From: Nitrososphaerota archaeon
GTDB taxonomy: Archaea; Thermoproteota; Nitrososphaeria_A; Caldarchaeales; Calditenuaceae
Length of the DNA stretch: 64,000 nt
Direction: 5' to 3'
NCBI GenBank assembly: GCA_041641295.1
Contig: JBEPYO010000001.1
Coordinates: forward strand, 480,001 to 544,000
Each line of letters opens with the position of its first letter. Position 1 is the first letter of the stretch. A program made the translations under genes and the position numbers. A model generated the notes under the pieces. That model was not told where the DNA came from. It searched no databases and worked only from the letters and a program-made list of their open reading frames with translations. This document shows, piece by piece, positions 26,190 to 36,402 of this stretch.

Positions 26190-27512
26190 GTGTCTTTGCT
26201 CAGGGATAGGTATGATAAGGCTGTCGAGGCTTCTGGCAGCATTCTATGCCTTGGACTCGACCCGCCGCCGTGGGCCTACCCGGAGCCTAGTTTGAGGCTG
26301 AAGTTCTGTCTCGACAAGATCCAGCAGCTCGGCAGGTTTTGCTCCGCTGTTAAGCTGAATGAGAATCATGTGCGCGGCCTGGGGGAAGACGGGCACAGAG
26401 CTATAACCGGGTTGGCGAAGAAGCTGAACCTTTTAGCGATTCTGGACTGTAAGCTCGGAGACATCGGCGAATCTGCTAAGGCTGGTGTAAACACCATCGC
26501 GAGGTTAGGCTATGACGCCTTTACCCTCAACCCCCTCTTCGGCAATGTCAGAGAAGTGGTAGAAGAGGCGCATAGGCAGGGGCTAGGCGTGTTCCTTCTC
26601 GCCCACCCATCAAGCAGATACGGCGAGAAATACTTCCGTCGCGTGGTGAATGGTGAGCCGCTCTACTGGAGGTTTATTGAGGAGGGGGTTGAGGCTGGGG
26701 TGGACGGATACGTAGTCGGGCTTTCACCTAGCCTCGGTGAGGAGGAGATAGCCGAGATTAGGAGGAGGATAGGAGAGGAGGCGATAATACTCTCACCCGG
26801 ATTAGGCGCACAGGGAGGAGACCCAACGCCCATGATCAGGGCCGGCGGTGAGAGGATACTCATCAATGTGGGCCGGTCGATAATACTTGCAGAGGACCCG
26901 GCCGTCGAAGCGGCAGGCATCGCTGAAACCCTCTCGAGCCGTAGGGAATTCATCCTCACCAGTAAGGCAATAATTGGGACGAAAGGAGTCTTGAACATAT
27001 ATGAGAAGCCGGTCCAGCTCTCGAGCGGCGGGTGGAGCCGTCTCTACATCGACTGTAGGGCGCTATACTCCGACCCAGTTTCGAGGTCGCTCATAGCAAG
27101 ACTCATGACTGGGGCTATATCCAGACGCGTCGGCAGGTCCGGCTTCGAGATAGCGACCACAGCTACTGCAGGAATACCATTGGCGAGCATTGTGGCAGAC
27201 AGGCTTGGCGTGGGACTTGTATACGTCAGGATGGAGAAGAAGGCGCACGGGCTTGAGCGGAAGGTGGAGGGAGTGGTTAAGCCTGGGATGCTCTATGTAG
27301 GCGTTGACGACGTGGCCACCACTGGTAAGAGCGCGCTTGAGTGTGTGAAGGCAGTGCGGGAGGAGGGGGGAGTGATAAACAAATACTTTGTGATCTTTGA
27401 TAGGGATGAGGGCGCCGAACAGCTCCTCCGCGAGGCTGGAGTTGAACTCTACTCTCTCGCCCGTATGAGTAGCGAGTTCCTGACCATGGCAGGTGTTAGC
27501 GATAAGCCCTAA
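26190..27512 (+). CDS. Bifunctional OMP decarboxylase (PyrF) - orotate phosphoribosyltransferase (PyrE) fusion
   Basis: CLGLDP, DCKLGDIG and PGLGAQGG in the N-half; LSSG, YIDCR and VDDVATTG in the C-half. Confidence 0.9.
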   Translation: MSLLRDRYDKAVEASGSILCLGLDPPPWAYPEPSLRLKFCLDKIQQLGRFCSAVKLNENHVRGLGEDGHRAITGLAKKLNLLAILDCKLGDIGESAKAGVNTIARLGYDAFTLNPLFGNVREVVEEAHRQGLGVFLLAHPSSRYGEKYFRRVVNGEPLYWRFIEEGVEAGVDGYVVGLSPSLGEEEIAEIRRRIGEEAIILSPGLGAQGGDPTPMIRAGGERILINVGRSIILAEDPAVEAAGIAETLSSRREFILTSKAIIGTKGVLNIYEKPVQLSSGGWSRLYIDCRALYSDPVSRSLIARLMTGAISRRVGRSGFEIATTATAGIPLASIVADRLGVGLVYVRMEKKAHGLERKVEGVVKPGMLYVGVDDVATTGKSALECVKAVREEGGVINKYFVIFDRDEGAEQLLREAGVELYSLARMSSEFLTMAGVSDKP

Positions 27513-27524
27513 AAATACGGGGTC

Positions 27525-28592
27525 TTATCTGCTCCTTACTATCAGGTATTCGGCCAGTGAGCGTAGAAGTTCTTTCGCATGGCTTGGCCTCAGCTCAGGC
27601 TCTATTGCATTCCACCCATCCTCTACGAGGCGTCTAGCAATGGACTTGCTATACTCTATAGCCCCGCTAGACTTTATCAGCTCTATCGCCTCGTCTATCG
27701 TCGCCCTGTCTGCTGTCTTCAAGCCTAACACCCTCCGAAGCTTTTCACTCTTCTCCCTAGGGAGTGTTCGCAGCGCGTGTATGACCATTAAAGTCCTCTT
27801 ACCCTCCCTCAGATCTCCCCCAATCTCCTTACCGTAGAGAGACTCGTCTCCTATAAGATTAAGGAGGTCGTCCTGAATCTGGAACGCAACCGCGATGGAG
27901 GAGGCGAACCTGCTGAATTTCTCCTCAATCGCGCTATCCACGCCGGCCATTAGGCACGCAATCCTTACTGAGAGTCTGGCGAGGCTTCCGGTCTTTAGGT
28001 CGCACATCAGGAGGTACTGCGACTCATTAACATCCCTGCCAATTCCTCTATGCCAAGCAATGTCTAGGGCCTGTCCCAGGCTTAGTCGGAGCATCTCCTC
28101 CACGTAGATTTTCAGGAGGGCGGTTTGTACAGCCTCGGGGATGCGGATTTTCGACAAGACGGCGGCAACTGGGAGATAGTATAGAGTGTTACCGGCATTT
28201 ATTGCGACATCCTCGCCGTATATTCTATGTATACAGGGCTTCCCACGTCTGACCTCGCTGCCATCCTCCACGTCATCAACTATCAGTGTCCCATTATGTA
28301 TCAGCTCAGGGATTGTAAGCAGCTGCACTATGTCCTCGGCACGGCCGCCGAGGGCCTCGTAGACCAGCATCCCAAGCGCGGGCCTCCATCGCTTACCACC
28401 CCTATCCAACAGATCCCATGCAGGCCTTGTAACAACCTCGTTGAGAGAGTATACGTCTATCTCTCCGTAAGATAGACCGGCCACCCTTCGATAATAGTCC
28501 TCCCCGGGTGTTCTGGGGAAGAGTTCCTCGAGGGCCTCGTTGACGAGCCTCGCATAGTTGTTTAGCTCCTGCTCTATCTCCACATATGGCAA
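27525..28592 (-). CDS. Polyprenyl (geranylgeranyl) diphosphate synthase
   Basis: GGKRWRP, LIVDDVED..RRG, GQALD, KTG, FQIQDD. Confidence 0.92.
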   Translation of the reverse strand: MPYVEIEQELNNYARLVNEALEELFPRTPGEDYYRRVAGLSYGEIDVYSLNEVVTRPAWDLLDRGGKRWRPALGMLVYEALGGRAEDIVQLLTIPELIHNGTLIVDDVEDGSEVRRGKPCIHRIYGEDVAINAGNTLYYLPVAAVLSKIRIPEAVQTALLKIYVEEMLRLSLGQALDIAWHRGIGRDVNESQYLLMCDLKTGSLARLSVRIACLMAGVDSAIEEKFSRFASSIAVAFQIQDDLLNLIGDESLYGKEIGGDLREGKRTLMVIHALRTLPREKSEKLRRVLGLKTADRATIDEAIELIKSSGAIEYSKSIARRLVEDGWNAIEPELRPSHAKELLRSLAEYLIVRSR

Positions 28593-28635
28593 ATGCGTTG
28601 AGACTGGTAATAAATTGTTGCTCCGCGTCGAGGGG

Positions 28636-29418
28636 CTAAATTGTTAGGCCATTCCGCCTTAAAAACTCGGATGTCTCAGCCTCAAGCTCCTCCATCTCCC
28701 TATCCCTCCTAACCTTCTCGGCGAGGTATTGCCTATATGTGGACCGAATACCGACATACTTCAAGAGATACCCCTCAGCTGCAAGCTTCTCTGAGGCTTC
28801 ATCAAGATACTTCTGAAGCTGCTCTCTCCTAGGCTCGCGATATGAGTCGTACATCAGCACCAAATCGAGAGGCATCCTCGGCCTCGTCGGCGGGTTCTCA
28901 CCAGGCGGACCCATACAGATGAAAAAGAGTGGCGCCACCCCACCCGGGATGTCAAGGATCTTTTGGAGCTCCAGTCCAAGCTTAAGGGGCCAGTCGAGGA
29001 TGACTGAGGAGTACCCTATGGCCTCGCCGGCCAGTATCAGATTCTCCGCGAACAGGCCGGCCTCGAATATAGCCTCCACAGTCTCTATAGGGTTTGGCGG
29101 CCTAGCCAGGGTGTGATCTGGCTCCAGCAGGTCGAACAGCATTCGCGTCCTTCTAAAATCTATGCAGAGAAGCAGCAGAATCGGGGCCTGCTTAATGATG
29201 TTGTCCTCCGTCAACTCGTATATCTTTTCCCGGAGTTCAGGCCTCTCGATGTTGATTACAGTGTATGACTGGTAGACGCACGGTGCCCTCTGGCCCGCCT
29301 CCACCAAGAGTTCCAGAATACTCCTGCTGGGCTTCGCATCCCTGAAGACTCTGATTGATCTCCTCCGAAATAGGAGGGCGAGAACTCCATGCCTCTTCCT
29401 GGGACGAGCCGCCACCAT
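28636..29418 (-). CDS. Nitroreductase family flavoprotein
   Basis: RRSIRVF, QRAP, AENLILAGEAIGYSS, RPRMP. Confidence 0.85.
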   Translation of the reverse strand: MVAARPRKRHGVLALLFRRRSIRVFRDAKPSRSILELLVEAGQRAPCVYQSYTVINIERPELREKIYELTEDNIIKQAPILLLLCIDFRRTRMLFDLLEPDHTLARPPNPIETVEAIFEAGLFAENLILAGEAIGYSSVILDWPLKLGLELQKILDIPGGVAPLFFICMGPPGENPPTRPRMPLDLVLMYDSYREPRREQLQKYLDEASEKLAAEGYLLKYVGIRSTYRQYLAEKVRRDREMEELEAETSEFLRRNGLTI

Positions 29419-29531
29419 TAAGTCACCTGCCTCTGAGTATTATCGGCCACTAATTAAGCAGGCCGCAAAGGGGGTGCAAGTCTTATCCAGTAATATTTGG
29501 GTGGTAGCACCTGAGCACTAGCAGCGTGCCC

Positions 29532-30410
29532 CTAGCCCTCAGAGACCCACGCGATAATCTCCTCCACCGACCTAGCCAGCCTGAACTTTCTCCGGAAGAA
29601 GGTGGCTATGTTCTCTATGTCCCGTCTCAGATAGAGCTCGGCGTTGGGATGTGATGGCCCCACCCACTGGGGCCAGTCAATTATCACGTGCCGCTCCTCG
29701 GGTGTGATGAGTATGTTGTAGTGGCTCAAGTCGCAGTGGATCACACCAGCTTCAAGAGCAGCTTTAACGGATTTGATTATCTCCCACAGCAGGGTTTCGG
29801 GCTCAGATAGCTTATTGACATGGGCCAGCAGCTCACCCTCGATCAGAGAAGTGACGACCATGTGTCTGTTACGATATACGGGGGCTGGAACCGGCACTCC
29901 CTTAGGATATAGGATGCGGAGCGCCTGTATCTCGCGCTGGGCAGACATCTTCGAGGACGCGAGATAGTTTGCAGCCTCAAGGCCTACTTCCCGGAAACGC
30001 CTATGCTTCTTAATGCTTGTCCTGCCAATCCTGTAGAACTTGACTCCAACGACATTCCCCTCCCCAGTCCGTCCGATGTAGATGTCTGCCTCCTTCCCAA
30101 CCCCTATTTTGACGCCTATGTGGGTGAGTATTCCACGCCTAGATGCGCTGTGCAGTGCAAGCATGTCAAGGCTGGCGAAGTTTAGCAAGTATTCGCGGCC
30201 CCTTCCGCGGGGGGACCAGACAAGCCTCCTCCTGTTCAGCTCCCTCAGCATCTTCTCGACATAGTCCAAGCCGAGCCTAAGCGACTTGGCGATAGCCTCC
30301 GGGGTGGCTACACGCCCTTGGTCAGCCATCCGCTCAATTGTTTCCAGTACCTTGAACTCTATCTCTGAGAGGCTTCCAACGAGGCTGGCAATCCGCTTCA
30401 GCTCCGTCAT
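29532..30410 (-). CDS. rio2: RIO2 kinase
   Basis: N-terminal wHTH, GVGKEADIY, IHCDLSHYNI, IIDWPQ. Confidence 0.92.
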   Translation of the reverse strand: MTELKRIASLVGSLSEIEFKVLETIERMADQGRVATPEAIAKSLRLGLDYVEKMLRELNRRRLVWSPRGRGREYLLNFASLDMLALHSASRRGILTHIGVKIGVGKEADIYIGRTGEGNVVGVKFYRIGRTSIKKHRRFREVGLEAANYLASSKMSAQREIQALRILYPKGVPVPAPVYRNRHMVVTSLIEGELLAHVNKLSEPETLLWEIIKSVKAALEAGVIHCDLSHYNILITPEERHVIIDWPQWVGPSHPNAELYLRRDIENIATFFRRKFRLARSVEEIIAWVSEG

Positions 30411-30413
30411 CGG

Positions 30414-33400
30414 CTAGGCAATCCTGCCCTCTTCCTCCAGCAATATGGCGACTGTCAGCATACCTTGCTCGAGCGTCCACTCCCGCCTATACGCAGTGCT
30501 AGGAATCTCTTTACCAGCACCCAAGCTTATCCTAGTCCTTGTCTCCTCCTCTATGTACTCGATCAAAGGCTTAAGACTCTCCTGGAGCGGCTGAGGCTCA
30601 ATCGAGACCAAGCACGATACCTCCTTGGTAATTTCTAGGTTGAGCTCCTTCCTCATGACCTGGATCCTCCTTATCACCTCGTTGGCGAGAGATATTGACT
30701 TCAACCTCTCATCCTCAGACACGTCTATGTAGACATGCACGAACCGCCCCTCACCCTCAAACAAGTGGCTTGGAAGCTCCTCCACAACCTGGAAATCACC
30801 CTCGACCAAGTCGAAGACAGAGCCGTCACTTAACATCAGAGTGTAGCGTCCAGTCCTAGTGATCTGGTCCAATACCTCACCCACACGCGCCCTAGATAAA
30901 GCCTCTGAGACGAGTGGGAGCTTCTTCCCAGCCCTAGGGCCTAGACGCGAGTTTACTGGTACGAGCCTCCTGATTATTTCGGCTGGCTTCTGACCAACGT
31001 CTAGAACCTCGACAGAGAAGCTGTTGGTCATCCTCTCTATGTAGGATCTCAGGGCCTGGACTGATTCCTTGGCGCGCGGAGACTTGGGCGCGATGATTGT
31101 ACGCCTAAGGGGCCAGCGCAGCTTCCTCCTCGCCTTATTCCTAGCGTTAAGTGTTGCGGCGATTACGTCCTCAGCCACCTGCATCTGGTCCTCTATCTCG
31201 GGGTTGATGAGGGCTTCGTCAGGCCGTGGCCACTTGTTTAGGCAGACACTGAGGGGGTCGTTCTCGGTCTTGAGCCGCTGGTATAGATACTCTGAGATGT
31301 AGGGGGCGAAGACGGATAGGACTGGCAGGAGTTTTCTCAGGACGTAGTGTAGTGTCGCGTAGGCGGCTATCTTCGATGGAGTCCTCTCCTCAATCCAGAA
31401 CCTCCTCCTGACAGCGCGGACATATGTCCTGCTCAGATCCTCCACTATGAAGTTTAAGAGACTTCTCGCCGCCTCATGAATCTCAAACCTCTCAATATTG
31501 GAGGTCACATACTTTATCAGCGTGTTTATCCTCGAGAGAATCCACCTGTCCTCAGGCTCCGCGTAGTTCAGCATAGCCCAGACGGTCTCCTTCTCCGGAT
31601 CATACCTGTCCAAGTCAAAGTACGTCTTCGCAAATGAGACCACGTTCCACAGAATGTTAAGGGCTTGGTTGACTTGTTTAACTTCGTCCGGGTCGAAGTT
31701 TATTGTCTCCCAGCTCTGGGCCTTGCTTACTAGATAGAGCCTGACGTTATCCACACCCCAGTTATCCATCGCCTCCGTGGCCCAGAGCACGTTACCCCTG
31801 CTCTTTGACATCTTTTTCCCAAACTTGTCTAGGACGAAGTTCTGGCTTAGGACTGTCTTGTAGGGGGCTTTCCCGAACATCAGTGCTGATGTGAAGAGGA
31901 GGGTGTAGAACCAGCCCCTTGTCTGGTCTATCGCCTCGGTGATGAAATCGTAGGGAAAGAGCTTCTCGAATAGCCTCTTGTCTCCTAGCCAGTCTACACT
32001 CGCAAAATGCGCGACGCCAGAGTCCAGCCATGTATCCAGAACAAAGGGCTCCCTATACATCTCGCCACCACACTTCTCGCACCTGAATACGACCCTGTCC
32101 ACCCAGGGCCTATGCATCCTCAGGGGAGTCGGCTTTTTCTCAGCCATCTCAAGCTCAGCCTTTGAGCCCACGGCCCGCGTGCTGCCGCATTTACTGCAGG
32201 TCCATATGTTGAGCGGAGTCCCCCAGACCCTTGTCCTAGATATGCACCAGTCCTCAGCGTTTTCGAGCCACTCCCCAAACCTGTTCTGCCCAGCCCAAGC
32301 CGGATACCACTTGACCTTCGCATTCTCCTCTATCATTAGCCTCTTGATCCTGTCAATCCTCAGGAACCATTGACGGCTTGTCAGATAGATGAGCGGTGTC
32401 CCACACCTCCAGCAGTGGGGGTAGGTGTGGAGTATCCGCCCCTCTTTAAGAAGCAATCCCTTATCCGCTAACACTCTTATCACCTTGTCAGCTGCATCCC
32501 TATACCCGAGACCAGCGAACCTCCCACCCTCCTCCGTGAAGACACCGCTAGTGCTGATTGGGCAGAATACAGGCAGCCCGTGGCTTTTACCCAGCTCGAA
32601 GTCCTCGGGCCCGTGGCCTGGGGCTATGTGGACCAGCCCAGTACCTTCTTCCATAGAGACGAAATCTGCCGGCAGGACTGTGTGGGCTGGAGGCACGTGG
32701 CTTGAATGCGCGTTTACTTCCTCGCCGAGAGGGTGAACATATCTCAGACCCACTAGGCTAGCACCTGTGAACCTGCTCACGACACTGTATCTTGTTATTC
32801 CCGCGTCGGAGCACACCTTTTCCAAGAGCTTCTGGGCAACAATCATCCTGCCAGCATCCGTCTCAAACTCAACATACTCTTCCTCCGGGTTGACTGCAAC
32901 AGCCTCATTCGCAACTAGGGTCCAAGGCGTGGTTGTCCATATGACAAGATACCTCCCCCCATCGCCTTCAAGTGGGAACTTCACATAGATAGAGTAGTCT
33001 TCAACCTCTTCGTATCCCTGCGCCACCTCGTGGGATGAGAGGGGAGTCTCACACCTTGGGCAGAAGGGTACTACCTTGAAGCTGACGACCAGGTCTCCAC
33101 TCTCATAACACTTCTTCAACAAGTGCCACACATGCTCCATGTATCTCTCGTTCCGCGTCTGGTAGGCGGTGTCGTAGTCTAGCCATAGGCCTAGGCGCTC
33201 AGAAGCCTTCCTCCACTCATTGATATAATAGTCGACTAGGGCGTTTGCCTCTTCCACGAACCTCTCCATCCCAACAGCCTCGATCTCCTTCTTACTGCTG
33301 ATGCCGAGCCTCTTCTCAACCTCCAGCTCGGTGGGAAGTCCCTGACAGTCCCACCCAGCCCTCCGCCAGACATCAAGCCCCTTCATCGTCTGATACCTCA

Positions 33401-33602
33401 ATACGATGTCTTTGTAGACCCGCCCCCTAGCATGGCCTATGTGCATGTAGGAGTTGACGGTCGGCGGCCCTTCGAGGAAGGAGAAGACAGGGGCGCCACG
33501 ATTCATGTTCATGTGCTTCTTCGGAATATCATTCTCTGACCAGAACTTGGCTATCTCCTCTTCAACGCGTCTGAAGTCGTAGCGCGGTGGTAGCGCATAC
33601 AT
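30414..33602 (-). CDS. ileS: Isoleucyl-tRNA synthetase
   Basis: EGPP, HIGH, GWDCQGLP, WTTTPWTL, DQTRGWF, KMSKS. Confidence 0.97.
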   Translation of the reverse strand: MYALPPRYDFRRVEEEIAKFWSENDIPKKHMNMNRGAPVFSFLEGPPTVNSYMHIGHARGRVYKDIVLRYQTMKGLDVWRRAGWDCQGLPTELEVEKRLGISSKKEIEAVGMERFVEEANALVDYYINEWRKASERLGLWLDYDTAYQTRNERYMEHVWHLLKKCYESGDLVVSFKVVPFCPRCETPLSSHEVAQGYEEVEDYSIYVKFPLEGDGGRYLVIWTTTPWTLVANEAVAVNPEEEYVEFETDAGRMIVAQKLLEKVCSDAGITRYSVVSRFTGASLVGLRYVHPLGEEVNAHSSHVPPAHTVLPADFVSMEEGTGLVHIAPGHGPEDFELGKSHGLPVFCPISTSGVFTEEGGRFAGLGYRDAADKVIRVLADKGLLLKEGRILHTYPHCWRCGTPLIYLTSRQWFLRIDRIKRLMIEENAKVKWYPAWAGQNRFGEWLENAEDWCISRTRVWGTPLNIWTCSKCGSTRAVGSKAELEMAEKKPTPLRMHRPWVDRVVFRCEKCGGEMYREPFVLDTWLDSGVAHFASVDWLGDKRLFEKLFPYDFITEAIDQTRGWFYTLLFTSALMFGKAPYKTVLSQNFVLDKFGKKMSKSRGNVLWATEAMDNWGVDNVRLYLVSKAQSWETINFDPDEVKQVNQALNILWNVVSFAKTYFDLDRYDPEKETVWAMLNYAEPEDRWILSRINTLIKYVTSNIERFEIHEAARSLLNFIVEDLSRTYVRAVRRRFWIEERTPSKIAAYATLHYVLRKLLPVLSVFAPYISEYLYQRLKTENDPLSVCLNKWPRPDEALINPEIEDQMQVAEDVIAATLNARNKARRKLRWPLRRTIIAPKSPRAKESVQALRSYIERMTNSFSVEVLDVGQKPAEIIRRLVPVNSRLGPRAGKKLPLVSEALSRARVGEVLDQITRTGRYTLMLSDGSVFDLVEGDFQVVEELPSHLFEGEGRFVHVYIDVSEDERLKSISLANEVIRRIQVMRKELNLEITKEVSCLVSIEPQPLQESLKPLIEYIEEETRTRISLGAGKEIPSTAYRREWTLEQGMLTVAILLEEEGRIA

Positions 33603-33728
33603 TTCTCAGTCTAAGGGATTGTTGATGAATCTCGATATTTTAGTCTTTTAAAACCCCCGCCCCTAGCTGGCAGCTATGTAGGTTAACGTGAAACATTTAA
33701 AAACACGGCCCCCGTATTGAGAGGTGAA

Positions 33729-34529
33729 ATGGTGCTAACTCTCCAAGTGGGTGTAGGAACCATCATTGGCCTTATACTACTAATCATCATACTGATTATA
33801 ATCCTAGCTTCAGCGATCAGGGTTGTCAGAGAGTATGAGAGGGCTGTCATCTTCCGTCTCGGAAGGGTTATAGGGGCGAAAGGCCCGGGCCTAATACTTC
33901 TGATACCCATAGTCGACCAGCCCAGAATTATCGATCTCAGGATAATCACATTTGACGTGCCGCGTCAGCGTATCGTGACTAGGGATAACGTGACTGTGGA
34001 GGTTGATGCCGTAGTTTATATGCGGGTGGAGGACCCGCTGGCAGCTGTCCTGAGGGTGAGGGACTACCAAATTGCAACAAGCCTATTGGCTCAGACGACT
34101 TTGAGAGACGTGATAGGCCAAGTCGAGCTTGACGACCTGCTGGCGAGAAGGGATGAGCTCAGCAAGAAGATACAGATGATTTTGGATGAGGCGACGGAGC
34201 CTTGGGGGATTAAGGTGACCAACGTCTCTATCAGGGATGTCGTTCTCCCCGAGTCTATGCAGAGGGCTATGGCTAGGCAGGCAGAGGCTGAGAGGGAGAA
34301 GAGGAGCAGGATCATAATAGCTGAGGGTGAGCTCCTCGCAGCCCAGAAGATGGCGGATGCAGCCGCAGTCTATGCAACTAATCCCTATGCAATGAGGCTG
34401 AGGGAACTCCAGACTTGGGCCGAGATTGCGAGGGAGAAGAACTTGATAATAGTTACCGAGGGAGGGGGCGCGCTGGGAAGCCTAGTGGGAGTCGCGAGGG
34501 GCGTCGCCCAGGAAAGTCCGAAAAAGTAG
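33729..34529 (+). CDS. Stomatin / SPFH (band 7) protein
   Basis: EYERAVIFRLGR, GPGL, AQTTLRDVIG, MARQAEAERE; ATG after GAGGTGA. Confidence 0.93.
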   Translation: MVLTLQVGVGTIIGLILLIIILIIILASAIRVVREYERAVIFRLGRVIGAKGPGLILLIPIVDQPRIIDLRIITFDVPRQRIVTRDNVTVEVDAVVYMRVEDPLAAVLRVRDYQIATSLLAQTTLRDVIGQVELDDLLARRDELSKKIQMILDEATEPWGIKVTNVSIRDVVLPESMQRAMARQAEAEREKRSRIIIAEGELLAAQKMADAAAVYATNPYAMRLRELQTWAEIAREKNLIIVTEGGGALGSLVGVARGVAQESPKK

Positions 34530-34539
34530 CGCTTAGCCC

Positions 34540-35829
34540 TTGAGGACGGCATCAAGGTTAGCGGTTTCATCTATCCTCCTGCTCTACGTAGCCCTACTGG
34601 CACCTCTAGCCGCTGGGCAGGGGGAGATAATGTGGCTCAACATCTCAGGAAACATATCGCCGGCCACCGCTGAGTACATTACCGCCGCATTAGAGGGCTC
34701 CAGTGGATACAGAGCAGTTCTGATAACGATAGACACCTTCGGCGGTTTAGGCGACTCCACCTTCAAGATAATAGACGCTATGATGGCGTCGCCGACGCCT
34801 GTAATAGTCTACGTCTATCCGCCGGGGGGACAGTCCCTCTCTGCTGGGACGTATATTTTGATGGCCTCAAGCCTCGCAGCCATGGCTCCCTACACAACCA
34901 TCGGGTCCGCCCAACCCGTGGTTAACGGGGTTCCATCAAACGACACGAAACTCATCAACTTTCTCGTAGAGAAGATGAGAAGCATGGCCAGGCTACATGG
35001 TAGAAATGAGACACAGGCCGCCCGCTTTGTCACACACAATGATAACCTTGGGCCAGAGGATGCTTTGAGGTATGGTGTAATAGAGATAATTGCGGCCGAC
35101 ACCTCGGAGCTGTTGGAGAAGGCCGATGGGGCAGTAGTCAAGACCATCCACGGCGAAGTAGTCCTCAACACCCGCGGCGCAAGGTTGGTGAAGATTGACC
35201 CCGACGTTAGGATTCAGGTGCTTCAGTTTCTGAGCGACCCGCTGGTCTCCGGGCTATTACTTACCCTCGGCGTCCTGATACTCATAGTTGGCCTCTCCAC
35301 ACCCGGGTTCGGCGCGGAGCTCTTGGGGGGTGTGCTGATTGTTTTAGGGCTCGTGGGGCAGGGGTTCAACCTGAACTGGGCCGGGCTCGCACTAGTAATC
35401 CTAGGCTCGGTACTCATACTCTACGAGTTCTACTCCGGAGGAATAATGGCTGCTATGATAGGAGGAATCATTTTATTATCACTGGGGCTGATCCTTTTAG
35501 TGCGGGCGCCCCCCGGGGTGATTTACGTGTCACAGGAGTGGCTCAATGAGCTTCAAATTGCCATTGGCCTAGTGGCTGCCTTCGGGGGTGGCATAACAGC
35601 CTTCATACTCTACAAGGCGCTCCGGACGGTTAAGCGGAAGTCCTTCGAACTAGTGCCGGTGGCGAAAGTTGGGCGGTCTGTTGAGGATATTGACGCTGGC
35701 AAGATAGGCTACGTAGTCGTTGCTGGAGAGTATAGGAGAGCAAAGGCTCTAAAGCCTGTTAGGCAGAATCAAACAATAAAAGTTGTTGGTGTTGAGGACA
35801 GGATTCTCCTAGTCGAGCCTCTCGAGTAG
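34540..35829 (+). CDS. nfeD: NfeD-family membrane-bound serine protease (long form)
   Basis: IDTFGG, SAGTYI, AMAP.TTIGSAQP, TM bundle, C-terminal OB domain. Confidence 0.9.
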   Translation: MRTASRLAVSSILLLYVALLAPLAAGQGEIMWLNISGNISPATAEYITAALEGSSGYRAVLITIDTFGGLGDSTFKIIDAMMASPTPVIVYVYPPGGQSLSAGTYILMASSLAAMAPYTTIGSAQPVVNGVPSNDTKLINFLVEKMRSMARLHGRNETQAARFVTHNDNLGPEDALRYGVIEIIAADTSELLEKADGAVVKTIHGEVVLNTRGARLVKIDPDVRIQVLQFLSDPLVSGLLLTLGVLILIVGLSTPGFGAELLGGVLIVLGLVGQGFNLNWAGLALVILGSVLILYEFYSGGIMAAMIGGIILLSLGLILLVRAPPGVIYVSQEWLNELQIAIGLVAAFGGGITAFILYKALRTVKRKSFELVPVAKVGRSVEDIDAGKIGYVVVAGEYRRAKALKPVRQNQTIKVVGVEDRILLVEPLE

Positions 35830-35834
35830 GGTTT

Positions 35835-36272
35835 TTACTCGCTACCGAACCTGGTGCGAGGCCCCCTAGGAGACCAGCCCCGCCGCCTGGCACCCCCAGG
35901 CCTCGACGCACCCTGATAGACTGTCTTCTCGGATAGATTGTTCTCAACGTTCACGTTGCCTAGCTCCTCATCGGTTATCTCGAGCTTACCATATCTCCCC
36001 AAGTTCAGCTGCATCTTGCCTCTGAAGACCTTTACAAATGCGTTCGAGATCTTGACTGTGTCTCCCTCGTTTACCTTGTTTATGTTCTCGTCCCACAGGA
36101 CTAGCTGTATTGCTCCTGTCTCATCGGCTATGAGCGACTCGGCGAGCTGGTGCTGGCTCTGGTCATACTGGCTTCCTACTGAGCGGGGCTCACTCTTAGA
36201 CACTACTTTCGCGACAATGTTTACGTTCCGAGAGTTTGGTGTTAGGTTTTCAATCTTGTCTACTCTTTCCAA
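35835..36272 (-). CDS. ssb: Single-stranded DNA-binding protein (single OB fold)
   Basis: IADETGAIQLVLWD, GDTVKISNAFV, LNLGRYG, G/R-rich tail. Confidence 0.88.
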   Translation of the reverse strand: MERVDKIENLTPNSRNVNIVAKVVSKSEPRSVGSQYDQSQHQLAESLIADETGAIQLVLWDENINKVNEGDTVKISNAFVKVFRGKMQLNLGRYGKLEITDEELGNVNVENNLSEKTVYQGASRPGGARRRGWSPRGPRTRFGSE

Positions 36273-36402
36273 ACCTTTCCAACCACTTTAGGACGAGATA
36301 TAACGCCGCCCCCGCTATATAAGTGTATCAGGACCCGCCGTCGCGGCTGTAATCAGCGGCTTATTACCCAGGTTAAATATCTCAGGAGCCAATCCAGCCC
36401 CC

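Noticed and set aside
36273-36402. TPP riboswitch upstream of tenA
   Set aside because: No CTGAGA or other conserved core elements, and the leader is too short
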